A DNA stretch of 64,000 nt from Hyaloraphidium curvatum SAG 235-1. Lineage: Eukaryota > Fungi > Monoblepharomycota. Below, one piece after another: positions 52,810 to 64,000 of this stretch. Below the pieces are notes generated by a model. The model was not told the DNA's origin. It did no database searches and was given only the letters and a program-made list of their open reading frames with translations. The DNA lies in NCBI GenBank assembly GCA_025558095.1, contig JAIVFI010000023.1:496001-560000 (forward strand), read 5' to 3'. The translations under genes were made by a program, and so were the position numbers. Positions within the stretch are counted from its first letter, which is position 1. Every line of letters starts with the position of its first letter.

Positions 52810-53063
52810 GTCGGCGGAGAAAAGGCGGGCAATGGGGCGCGGCGCAGGGGTTGCGGGGTTGGGGAGCGATTTGGGCACGTGCGGCCGCCCCGCCCCGCCC
52901 GGAACATCTTCGGGAGATCCTGGGTGCACCCGGGTCGGCCGCCTCTCCAAATCTTTGAAGCGCGTCCTTCAGACAGAGCTTCGTTCGACAGAGATCGGCA
53001 TCGCGCCGCTACAATACATTAACTTAGCCCCTGGCGCCCCGGGGCCGGGTATCGACCACCGCC

Positions 53064-56000
53064 TCACTTCCCCCCCGCCGCCTCCGCCGCCTCCCCGGCC
53101 TGCCCGTGCACCTCCGCCCCCTTCTGCGCAGCCAGCGCCTCCCACCCCTCCGGTATCCTCCTGCACGCCCTGATGGCCGCCGCCAGCGCGTTCATGTCGA
53201 TCGGCTTGGAGATGTAGGCGTCCATCCCCGCCTGGAGGCACGCCTCGCGCTCGTTCAGCAGCGCGTTGGCGGTCAGCGCGATGATGGTCGGCTGCCGCGC
53301 CTTGGGGATCTCGTCGCGGATGCGCTTGGTGGCCTCGAAGCCGTCGAGGATCGCTGGCATGGGAGGAATGAGGTCGGGCAGGGCATGTACCTGCGGCGAG
53401 CTGGTACTCACGCATCTGCACGTCCATGAGCACGCAGTCGTACACCTTGTCCGTGATGGCGTTGACACCCTCCAGGCCGTTGTTGGCCACGTCGGCCGAG
53501 AACCCGGCGCGCTTGAGCATCCGCAGCGCGATCTGCTGGTTGATCAAATTGTCCTCCACCAGCAGGATCCGCAGGCCCACGTCGGCCTGCCAGTCCGTCG
53601 AGGGGGTGCGGCTGACGTCGGCGGCGGGCTGAGGGGCGGCGAGCTTGTCGGGGGATGCGTGGTTGGAGCGCGGAGGGAAAGGGGCGGGCTGGGAAGCCGA
53701 GACGGCCTCCCAGGTCTGGTTGGAGCGGGTAGAGGTGGGGCCCGTGCGCACGCCGCGGGCGGTGTCCCAGGCTGCCAGCGCGGCGATCGACGCGGGGTTC
53801 ACGGTGCCGTTCATTGGGGCTGGGCGTGAAACGGGACCGGTCAGCGGCGAACTGGTCCCAAACGGCCGAGGAAGCCTACCGCTCGGCTGCCGCTTCTGCT
53901 TCCTCCCCGCGCTGTCCCTGCTCTGCCTCGCCGGCTCCACCACAAGCACGTCCACCAGCACGTCGAACATCCTGCTCGCGCGCACTGGCTTGGTCAGGAT
54001 CCGCGTAAAGTTGGCCTTGCGCGGGTCGTGCATGTCCAGGTCCTTGCCCAGCGAGGTGAGCATGATGAGCGGGATCCCGGGGTCGATCTTGCGGATCTCG
54101 TCCGAGAGCTCCAGCCCGTCCTGGTCCGGCATCGCCATGTCCAGGATGCACACGTCGAACCGCTTGTTGCTGTGCGCCAGCAGGTCCAGCGCTTCGAGCG
54201 CGTTCGAGACCGCGACCGTGTCCGTCTTCCATCCCAGCAGCTGCAGCGTGAGCACCCTCCTGTTCGTCGACACGTCGTCGACGCAGAGGATCCGCTTGCC
54301 CGACAGCAGCGTGTTCTCCTCCATGTGCTTTGGCCGCGAGATCTCGCTCTCGAGGGCACCCGGTGCGTCGAGCGTGAAGTGGAACGTAGACCCCACCCCG
54401 ACCTTGCTCTCGACCCATATCCGCCCGTTCATCTTCTCCACCAGCCGCTTGGATATGGCCAGGCCCAGGCCGGTGCCCCCGTACCGCCGCGTCGTGGAGG
54501 CGTCCACCTGCGAGAAGCTCTTGAACAGCCTGTCGATCCGCTCGGCGGGGATGCCGATGCCCGTGTCGCGCACGTAGAAGTGCAGCGCGTAGTTCCGCCG
54601 CCGGAGCGGCTGGTCCGACACGGCGAGCGAGGCGGGGCCGTCCTCGGGCTTCTTGGCAAAGTCCGCGAGCACGGGCACCTTCGACATGGTCGCGCTCGCG
54701 CGCTGCAGCCCGGGCCGCTTGGGGGCGCCGTCGGCCGCCGCCGGGGGCGAGGAAGACACCCCGCTCCGGGGGATCGTGAGCGCCTTGGGCGGCGGCGCCC
54801 GCTCCTTGGGCACTGCGACGACGCCAGACTGCAGGGTCTGCGTGGCGGTGTCGCTCCGCCGCCGCTCCAGCTTGGCCGGCCGGTCCAAGGAGTCCTTGTC
54901 GTCAGTCATGCTGATGAGCTCCACGCCCACGACCACCTCCCCGGCCGGGGTGAACTTGACGGCTGGCAAACACTCATCAGCAAACGCAAAGTTGATCCGT
55001 GACAGTCGCCCACCATTGTTCATCAAATTCAGCAGGATCTGCCTCAGCCTCCCCACATCCCCCACGATCCCCAGCGGCAGGTTGGGCTCGAACACGCACA
55101 TGACCTCGATCCGCTTCTCGGCAGCCTTGGCCGAGACCAGGTCCAGCGCCTCCTCAACGCACTCGCGGAGGTTGAAGGGGGCCATTTCGAGCTCCAGGTG
55201 GCCGGATTCGAGCTTGCTGAAGTCTGAGGGGGGTGCGGGGATCAGCCGATGTGGGAGCGGTCCGAGGGGTAGGCCCACCGAGGATCTCGTCAATGATCCG
55301 CAGCAGCGCGTTGCCAGAGTTCTTGATTACGCTGGCAAACTCGCGCTGGTTCGAATTCAGATCCGTTTCCAGAAGAAGATCAGTCTGTGGGTTGGGTGGA
55401 TCAATCAAAGGAGCTTCTTTCCCGGCGACACCATCCCTTCCCAACCCACCATCCCAATGACGCCGTTCATCGGCGTCCTGATCTCGTGCGACACTGGAGA
55501 CAAAAGGGTCAGGCCGTTCCCCAAGGCCGCCAAGCCCCACCCACTGGTCGCCAGGAACGCCGACTTTGCCTGGTTCGCCAGCTCCGCGCTAGCCTTGGCG
55601 CGAATCAGGTCCCGTTCAAACTTCTTCATCGGCGTCACGTCCCGCAGCACCAGCAGGCTGCCGCGGGACTTGCTCTCGTACAAGTCGATCGTCCGCTGCG
55701 AGCGGTGCGGCACAACCAGCTCCATGGGGCCGTTGCCGGTGCCGCTCGGGCCGGGGACGACCAGCTCGGGGCGCAAGGACCGCCGCCGGAGCTCGTTCCC
55801 CGCCGCGTCGCGCGCCTTGGCCTGCTCGACCATGCTCGCGAACGAGGAGCTGATGTGCGTCACGGCGGGGTCCCCGGCCTGCGCCGCACTGCGCTTGTCC
55901 CCCGCGATGAAGAAGTCGTCCTCGTCGTCGTCCGGGCCCGAGAGCGACGGCGACGTCTCCTGCGCCAGCAGCGTCGTCACCGAGACCAGGTAGATCCTGG

Positions 56001-57291
56001 TCCGCTCCGATGTGTCCCGCCCGACCTCGTCCGGGTTCTCGCCCTCCATCGCCCCGCCCATCTCGAGGCGGCCGAGCCACACCCGCCCGCTCTCGGAGAC
56101 GGTGATCTCCTCCGAGGCCGTCTGCCCCGCGTACCGCGATGAGAGAGGGCTCATGGCCTCGAACCGGTCGATGATGCGCTCCAGCGCGCCGTTGAGCAGC
56201 TTCTTGACCGGCTGCCCGATGAACTCGGTGCGGAGCATTTTCAAACGTTCGCTCCGCGCGCGGCGGCGCTCCACCCGCGACGCCATTCGCTCGTCCGGCG
56301 GCGTCGGCGCCGCGGCGGGGGACGGCGACGCCGGCGACGCGGCCTCCGCGGCCGCCGCCGCCCCGTGCGCGAAGCAGATCCTGGTCGCCGCCACGTTCCA
56401 CTCCACGATCCGGTTGGACTTGTCCAGCACGATCACGCCCTCGGGGATGCTCTCGAACACCGTCACGTGGGCGACGGGGACGATGTCCAGCAGGCGCCAG
56501 CGGAAGAGCGCCCAGGCGTACAGCGGGCCCGCGACGGCGAAGCCGATGGGGGCGAGCTCCATGCCAGGGAGGGGCCGGAACAGGCCGAAGTTGTGGAGGA
56601 GGTTGGCCATGAAGGGGATGATGGAGCCGACGACAATGAAGCGGCTCTGCTGGACGTAGATGGAGGGCGCGCGGAAGAAGGTGTAGCGCAGTACCAGGAA
56701 GAGGGCGATCACGACGAGGATGTAGCCGTCTGGAACGGGGACGGTGAGCCGGCGCAACACAACCCACGCGGCAACCCACAAATCGACATGGCGTAGAAAA
56801 CCGGGCCGTATGTCGCCGCCCAGCCCGAGTAGACCAGCTCCCCGTCGACCTGGACCACCTCCAGCGTGATCCAGCACAGGTGGTGCCACTCGTTGGTCCA
56901 GACCAGCAGCAGCGCTACGACCATGGGCGCCGCAATCAGCATCTTGCTGCGGTCCGACAGCACGTTGCCGCTCTCCTGGAGCATGAAGAAGAACCAGGCT
57001 ATGGGTACGCCGGCCACGCCGATGTACTCGAACTGGGGCGGCCGTGCCGACTTAGCAGGCCGACCAGAGGGGCGGACGGCGACCCACCTTGGTCCAGAGG
57101 ATCTTTGTCTCCAGGTCCGGGTAGAAGAGGAACGGCACGATGCCCCAGCACCACGCGCCGGCGAACAGCATCATCCACAGGAACGGCCACGCGCCGGGCG
57201 TGCCCACGCGGAAGCGGTAGGCGAAGACCGCCAGCGCGCAGGCCAAAGTGCCCGACGCGGCGGTCAGCACGATGTACGAGGGATAGAGCAT
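53064..57291 (-). CDS. Hybrid histidine kinase: HisKA_7TM sensor - PAS - HisKA - HATPase - REC - REC, ~7 introns
   Basis: Sensor [10 protein letters not shown] and [26 protein letters not shown]; H-box [15 protein letters not shown]; N-box [14 protein letters not shown]; DTGIGI; GGTGLGLAI; receivers ILDMAMP and LMDVQMP. Confidence 0.93.
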
Positions 57292-57915
57292 GGCGGGAGG
57301 GGGCTGTCAGGCGGGGGGCGCGCTGCGGCGGCGGGGCATTCCGGGGACGGCAGCGCGCGGCGTCCCGGCGGCGGAGTCCGGCCCGCGCAGTAGAGGAGGA
57401 GAAGCTTCAAGAGCCGCGACGGCGTCCGGCAGAGGCCGCGCTCAGGTGAAGCGACCGCTGACTCGAGAGTTGGCTGTACGGCCAGGTGGCGTCCGCGCCG
57501 CCGTCGCCAGTCGGCCCTTCGTCATTCGGCGAAGTGGACAACACTGACCGGCTAGCCGGCCGCACTGGCGACAAAATGCACCTTTTGATGTGACTTACAT
57601 TGCTGCTTTCGCCTGCTCTCGAGGTGTCCCGACCGGGTGATTCATCTACTGAAGCTCTCTATGTTCTTGCCCAATCACTGGCCAGAGCTGCCGAGCTACG
57701 GCACCGTCCATCGTATGCCGAGCCCATCCATTGCAGTCAGGCTCCCCTGAACACGCTCGTTTCGCTCCCTGCGGGAGGCTAGGTCCCTGCTGCGGAGCTC
57801 CGACCCAGTCCCTTGAAGTTCGCGCCGCTTCCCGTTTCCGGCCCGCCTCTCGCTTCCTGCGGCCTCATCCTACCCCTTCTTGGCTGTCCGGACGCGCTTT
57901 CAGATCATTTGCGCG

Positions 57916-58962
57916 ATGGACGGCGCCGGCTCGTCGTCGGGCGGCCCGCCGGCGCTCATCGACCTCCAGACGCTCCTCCACGTCGCCTCGTCGTACCAGA
58001 AGCTCGCCGACGAGGCTCTGGCCGCCGGAAACGTGGAACTGGCGGCGCAGTACCTCGGCAACGCGCAGCAGGTCAACCAGATCCAGCACCTGATCTCGGG
58101 CACGGGCGGCGGGCTCGCGGGGCTCGAGGGGCTGTTCGAGGGGTTCGACAGCCAGCCGCCGCCCGAAAACGCGTACCTGCAGCCCCCCGAGCAACCGACT
58201 TCGGCCAGCAAGGGCAAACGCCGCGCCGAGGAGCCGACGGAGGCGTCCCTGCTCCGCGTGCCGCCCTCCCCGTCCCGCGGCTCGGACTCGGCGTCGGACG
58301 GCGAATCACGCGCGAAGAAGCAGCGCCTCGACGCTTCCGGCTCCTCCGCCTTCACGGACCGCTCGCGGTCCGCGTCTCCGGGGGGCACGCCGTCCGGCCG
58401 CAGGATCAAGGTCGTCGCGGTCGCTTCGGGCGCCGCCACCTACCCCGTCCCCGGCTCCGAAGGCCAGACCACCGCGGACCTGCTCGCCCGGCAGCGTGCC
58501 GCCATCGCGCAGATGCAGGCGGCGATGATGGCACACCGCGCCGCCCTCGCGGCCGCGGGCGGGGCGGAGAGGCCGCCGACGTACGTGAACCCGAAGCAGT
58601 ACGCTAGGATACTCAAGCGGCGGGAAGCGAGGAAGAAGTGGGAGAAGATGGGGGCGGGGGGGATGGTGGGCGCCGACGGGGTGGTGCTGGGGGTACTGCA
58701 GGGGAGGGTGGGGAGGGACAAGGTGCGTCATCTGTGCTCGCCAGGGCTTCCGTTTGCTGATTGCGTGCTGCCATGCTAGACGTACATCCACGAATCGAGG
58801 CACCGCCACGCTGTCACCCGCCCGCGCGGGCCTGGGGGGCGGTTCCTCACGGCCGAGGAGATGGAGCAGCTCGAACGGGAAAAGTCCGTATCGGGGGACG
58901 ACGACGCGGACGGGGATCCGCCGACGCCGCCGCCGAAGCGCAAGCGGCGGGGCGGCGGGTAG
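57916..58962 (+). CDS. HAP2: CCAAT-binding factor subunit NF-YA/Hap2, 1 intron
   Basis: YVNPKQYARILKRREAR and YIHESRHRHAVTRPRGPGGRFLT. Confidence 0.93.
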
Positions 58963-59111
58963 ATGATGGGAAGGTATTTGTATTGCTCTCGCGAAATGAT
59001 GTTTGGTTCTTGCGCAAGAAGCGCCAATCCTGTTGCTGATCCCGCTCTGCATTGTCCGTAGCGCTCGCGGTTTGCAAATGGGATATACCATTGGTCATAT
59101 GCTTACGTTCT

Positions 59112-60240
59112 CTACATAGCAACCACCATTTTCCCCACATTCTTTCCGGCAAAAAGATCCTGCAGAGCGGCGGGCAGGTTCTCGAACCCCTTGCGGCTCT
59201 GGTCGATCTCCAGCACCAGCTTTCCGTCCGCCACCATCTTGGTCAGCGTGCCGATGTGCTTCTCGTTGTTCTCAGGGTTGTCGAGGACCAGAAAGCCCTG
59301 GAACCGGATCCGCTTCATGAGGATGAGGGAGAAGTTGGGGGGGCCGGCGAGGCGCCCCGGGTCACCGCTCTCGTAGCTGCTGATGTTGCCGCAGTAGAGG
59401 ATGCGGCCGTGGAGGTTCATGAGATCCAGGGCGATCTCGAGCGTCTTGCCCCCGACGCTGCGAATCACGTCAGCTTGACTGTACACGGTCGATCAGATCA
59501 CGTACTTTTCAAAGTACTCCTGGATCCCGTTGGGGCAGGCTGCCTTGAGCTTGGCCTCGAAATCGGGGTCCTTGTAATCGACGCACTCGTCGAACCCGAA
59601 CTTCTCCTTGACGAGCTTGCACTTTGCCGGCCCGCCGGCGGTGCCGACCACCCGGCATCCCAGGCTCTTGTACAGCTGGCCCGCGACCGACCCCGTGGCA
59701 CCCGCCGCGCCGGAGACAAGCACCGTCGTCCCGGGCTCGAACTTGCCGGCGCCCTGGTCGAACACGCCCTTGGCGGCCGTCAGGCCGGTTCCGGAAAGCG
59801 TGAGCATCACGGCATCTGTGACCGGGCCGCTGCCGGTGCCGGGTCATCAGTAATTGATCCCAGCATCGCCCCATCGCAGAGGAGGACACCCACTCGACCT
59901 TGGCAAACAGCCGCCAATCGTCGTCCTTGATGACGAACTGGTCCGCCCACCCGAACAGGGCCTGGATCCGGTCACCCCGCTGGTACTTGCTGCTTTTGCT
60001 GTCGACGACTTCGACGATGTGCACCGCCCTGACGACGTCACCCACGGGGACGGCGGGCATGTAACCGTCGCCCGAGATCCAGATGCGCTGCGTGGGGTCC
60101 ACGGAGAACGTCGTCGACTTGACGAGCAGCTCGCCGTCGCCGAGGGCGGGCAGCTCCTCCTCCACGAGCTCAAAGTCCCGCGCCGGGTCGAGCGGGCCCT
60201 CGGGGCGGGCCTTTAGGATGAATTTGCGGCCTTTGACCAT
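59112..60240 (-). CDS. NADP-dependent alkenal/prostaglandin reductase-like oxidoreductase (MDR), 2 introns
   Basis: FSVDPTQRIW, TGLTA, VLVSGAAGATGSVAGQ, GTAGGPAKC, CGNISSY, GKNVGKMVV. Confidence 0.92.
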
Positions 60241-60901
60241 CGCTGGGGCGCTGCAGCGGCGCGATTCGGGGCGTGGGGGGGCGCTGATTTCGGCGGCGGG
60301 TGGCGCCGGCGGGGGACAGTTCCAAAAGAATGTTCTCCTGTTCCGACGCGAGAACCCTAGAAAACGCGAAGCGGCTCATCCAATGTTCCGGCGCACCCGC
60401 AGGCGAAAACCGAGGAGAACGATCCGGAGATTCGGAATCCGGACCGGTACATGCAGCGCGCGAAAGAAGGAAGGAAAAGTGCGACGTCATCATCTCCCAC
60501 TTGACCCGAGTGAATACCGGCAAGTTCTTCGCCTGAGAACCCCTCCGTTCCGCGATCGACCACCACAAGCAACTTCTCCGGGCTCCTTCACCCGCCTAGC
60601 GCAAGAGTGGCATCCGCGCTGCATCAGACGCCCATCTTGCGCACCGTGACAAACTACGATATACTTCTGGTCACATTACGAGCCTACAGTACACCTCTAC
60701 ATTACAGGTATTCGGTTCTCCCTTGCTCGAGATCCACCGCATTATACTTGGCGGCACGGCGCCAGACAGATCCATCCACTTGAATGTTCGGTCATCAGAA
60801 ACCATTCAACCCATAACCTTTGATGCCTCTCTCCTTGATGCTCTGCTCTCTCAGTGTTCTTTTTCTCTCCGATCCAATGCTCGGTCCTCGATCCGGGCCG
60901 G

Positions 60902-62667
60902 TCATCCGAACCGCGGCACCCCCGGCGGCAGCGGCACCACCGCCAGGCTCCCCGGCGGCGGCCTCGCCCCCTGCCCCGGCCCAGCGTACGGATAGGGCAC
61001 CGCCACCGTGTACGCCGCGTTGCCCGCGAACCGGTTCTCCCCCGGGCTCGCCGAGCGGAACGGCTTGTCCGGCGTCGGCGCCCAGTACACCCCGCTGTCC
61101 CGCAGCCGCGGCGCGGCGGGGATGGGGGCGCCGGCGGGGTACGCATGCAGCGGCAGGGAGGGGGTGTGGAACGAAGGGGGGGTTCCGCCCCGCATGGCGG
61201 GCGACGGCATGCGAAGGTCCAGGGGGGGCGGGGTGCCGGTGAGCGGGGATGCGGGGTCGAACGCGTGTGCACGGGGGGCGAAGGGTTCGCCCGTGCCGCC
61301 GTACAGCTGCGGCGCGGGGAAGGGGCCGACGATGGCGGTCATCCCGGGGTGGGGGGCGGGGAACTCGCCTGCGGGGGTCTGCCCGCGCACGTGCACGAGG
61401 CCGTGCTTGTCGACGTAGCCCAGAAGGTTGCCCGGGGTGGCGGGGCGGGATGACCAGGGGCCCGGGGGAGGGGGACGGGGGTAAAGGGGATGGGGTGCGT
61501 GCACCGGTGCATGCGTGGAAAGCTGCTCCATGCGTGGTACGAGGTTGGGCGACTGGCAAAACAGGGAAAGGATGTAAGGAGCGCGGAAGGCGATGCATAT
61601 GCGTGCCAACAAACCTCGTGCTCCGCGCTCTGGCTCGCCGACTCGCTCGGGCTCGGACTCGGCAGCCTCGCCATGGAGCTCACCGAGAAGTTCGACGCCG
61701 CGCGGTCGAGAGGGTGCACCAGCGGCGGTAGTCCCGACTCCAGGGCGGGCGACGCCGAGCTCATGTCGCTTTCCGCCCGCGCGCGGGACTGCGCTGCCCG
61801 GAAGGCAGCGAGCGAGCCGTAGTCGGCGTACGGCGGCACCGACGCCTCGAGCCCGTGGTGCGACGGATCGGGGTGCGAGCGGGGGGGAATCGAGTTGGCC
61901 GAGGACCCTGCCGACCGCACGGATGCGCTCGACCCGTTGCGGCGGTGCCGCGACGCGGCCTCGTCCCCGGCGTACGGGCCGTACCGGTCCGCCGCGCGGT
62001 TCTGGGCAACGCGGGCCGACCGGCGGGAGGAGGACCGCCGGTCGTCGTACGAGTCCGAGTCGTCGTCCGTGCGTGTGCGGGACTGCCGGCCCTTGCGGGG
62101 GCCCGAGGCCGACGCAGGGCCCGCGCTCCGCGGGGGTTCGTCGGGGGGGGATCCGTGCTCGGGCTCGGCGTCGTCGCTGTGGGACGCATCCTCCTTGCCG
62201 CCCTGTCCCGCATCGTCGCCGGTGGCGAGCACCGCGCTGCGGATGAGGGAAGCGGTCTCCTTGTGCCAGTTGCGCAGGTACTCCCCCGGCAGGTTGTCGA
62301 GGTTGGTCATGTTCTTCTTCTTGCGCGTGTGCTGGAACCACGAGTTGATCTGCTTGAGCGTGCAGCCCGTTTCCCTGGAGACGGCGGCCTTTTCCTCGCG
62401 CGTTGGGAACGGGTTCTTCGCAAAGAGGCGCTCCAGCGCGGCCACCTGGTCCGGGTGCTTCTTTGCGGCGCGTGCCTCGCCCGCCTCGCGTCGCTTGCGA
62501 GCAGAGAACCATCTGCCGACGTTCTGCGGGCTCACGTGCAGCTCCAGCGCGAGCGCCATCTTCGCGTTGGAAGATGGGTTCGGGTTCTCCGCGAAGCGAG
62601 CCTCGAGCACGGCCTCCTCCTCCTCGCCAATCGCTCTCCACTCGTGAAGCACGTTGCTGGCTGACAT
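60902..62667 (-). CDS. Tandem double-homeodomain protein with Pro-rich C-terminus, 1 intron (~61555-61614)
   Basis: HD1 LEARFAENPNPS...LALELHVSPQNVGRWFSARKRR; HD2 LERLFAKNPFPTREEK...TGCTLKQINSWFQHTRKK. Confidence 0.82.
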
Positions 62668-64000
62668 TTCGGCTTCAAAAATAGCTTAAAGGCACGGAGA
62701 GATGAATTTCGGTGCGGTGTAGCGGCTTGCGCCAAGCAGAGGGGGGATTGCGTCGGGGTGCGCCGTCGAGGGCGAGCGGGGCGAACGACTCCTCCTTGGA
62801 GCGTCCACAAAAGTTGATTCGCAGCAGCTGAGGCGTCGGCAGCGATGGCAGGTGGTGGGCGGCCGGTGCCGATTTCGCGGCCCGCTTCGGTAGCGTCGGC
62901 CGCGACTGCCCCCCGCGCCTCGGCGCCTCCGCCCCGCCCCGCCGGCCTCAGCGCCTCACGCGGCGTGTGCGGCGGTCGCCATCGCGGTCGTTCCTGCGGG
63001 ATGCGGCGAGCGGTGAGCAACGGCGCCGGCGATCCGCGGGCGCCCGCCCGCCCCGACGCGGCCGCGCATCGCCGCGCACGCCGCCGCCGGGGCCGCGGGG
63101 AGCTCCTACCTTTTTTCATTCACGGGTTTCGGAGCGATCCGGCGCCCGGTGGGCCGCCGAGGCCGCAGAGAATAGAATGGAGCAGCCCCGGCCCGCGGGC
63201 TGAGTTCGTTTTTTCTGTCGGTTGCTCTTCATGTGAAACCTCGATTGCGCAGGCATGAAGGGCCATCAGGCGGCGGCACCGCGAGAGACGGAAGCAGTGC
63301 TGGCCGCTGCCTTCGGCGGGCGGTTTTGGGGGTTCTTCTCGTCCCGGGGACGCCGGTAATGCTCGCGAACCCGAACGGCAAGACCGCTGCCGGTCGGCGG
63401 CCGCACAGCCCGACTCCATTTTTTCGCACATTCAGCGAGGCGATCCGCTAGCTGACGGCGATCGGCGGGTGGAGAGGGCCCAATCTTTGCCCGACCGTGG
63501 CCGCGGTCGCGCCGGATGCATCCTTTCGATGACCTGGTGACCCGGGGAGACCGGGCCTTCCCTACCCCGCCGCTCGTTGGACCCTGGCCGTCGGACCGCC
63601 AAGCTCCGGCAGCGGCGCCCGCCCAGCATCACTTGTTCCAATGATCTCACCTATGTCCGCCGTCCATCCACCCTGGCGTGCCCTGGGGGACTTCGGGGAT
63701 GCGGATACTGCGGCACCGCCATAGTCAGGGACGGATGCCGCCGCTCCTCTATACGGCCCTCTCTCCCGCCACCGTACGACCCGCGAGCGGCAGGGTTGGG
63801 ACCTGCCCCTCGTTCCGGCGGCGATCCGGCAACGGGATAGCTCCCCGCCGCAGATGGCGCCCCCGGCGCGCGCCCGATTCGGGGGCCGCGATCCCACCGG
63901 TCCGGACCCTCCGGCCAGGCCTCGGACCGGTATCGACGCCGGGCGTCGGGCTTCACAGATCTGGGGTGCCAATCAGTCCTTTGGTGCTCTCAGGAATGGA

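Noticed and set aside
57916-62667. Mating-type locus
   Set aside because: No divergent HD1/HD2 pair, HMG sex gene or typical flanking genes; one window cannot show idiomorphs.
1-64000. Bacterial origin or contamination, given high GC and bacterial-like enzymes
   Set aside because: Spliceosomal introns and eukaryote-specific genes (NF-YA, homeodomain, MYND, RING-CH) are interleaved throughout.
62700-64000. Short ORFs or an ncRNA in the terminal 1.3 kb
   Set aside because: No motifs, consistent exon structure or recognisable tRNA/snRNA; treated as upstream or intergenic DNA.

Overview
Gene-dense (~35 loci), very GC-rich eukaryotic DNA. Many short spliceosomal introns (mostly ~50-120 nt, GT...CTGAC/CTGAT...AG) break the six-frame ORFs. 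Gene content (HAP2/NF-YA, SUB1, HMT1-type ABC, RTC3-like, hybrid histidine kinase, F-box and MYND proteins) points to a fungus, probably an early-diverging zoosporic lineage (inference only). I rebuilt gene models by eye across introns, so exon edges are approximate. Most notable: (1) a family of 7-TM proteins with an N-in/C-out topology signature and a C-terminus like insect gustatory receptors/DUF3537 (7TM ion-channel superfamily), present as two near-complete copies and one fragment, all apparently disrupted; (2) an inverted pair of intron-containing genes for 15-Cys four-helix-bundle proteins like bacterial copper storage proteins (Csp/DUF326); (3) an intron-containing hybrid histidine kinase with a prokaryote-type HisKA_7TM sensor; (4) alternating C-rich and G-rich blocks, independent of strand, running through genes; (5) a tandem double-homeodomain protein, a DFN-variant kinase with a repeated tail motif, two secreted Cys-rich proteins, several intronless bacterial-like enzymes, and a duplication/pseudogene zone at 10.5-16.5 kb. 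I recognised no rRNA, tRNA, CRISPR array or transposase.
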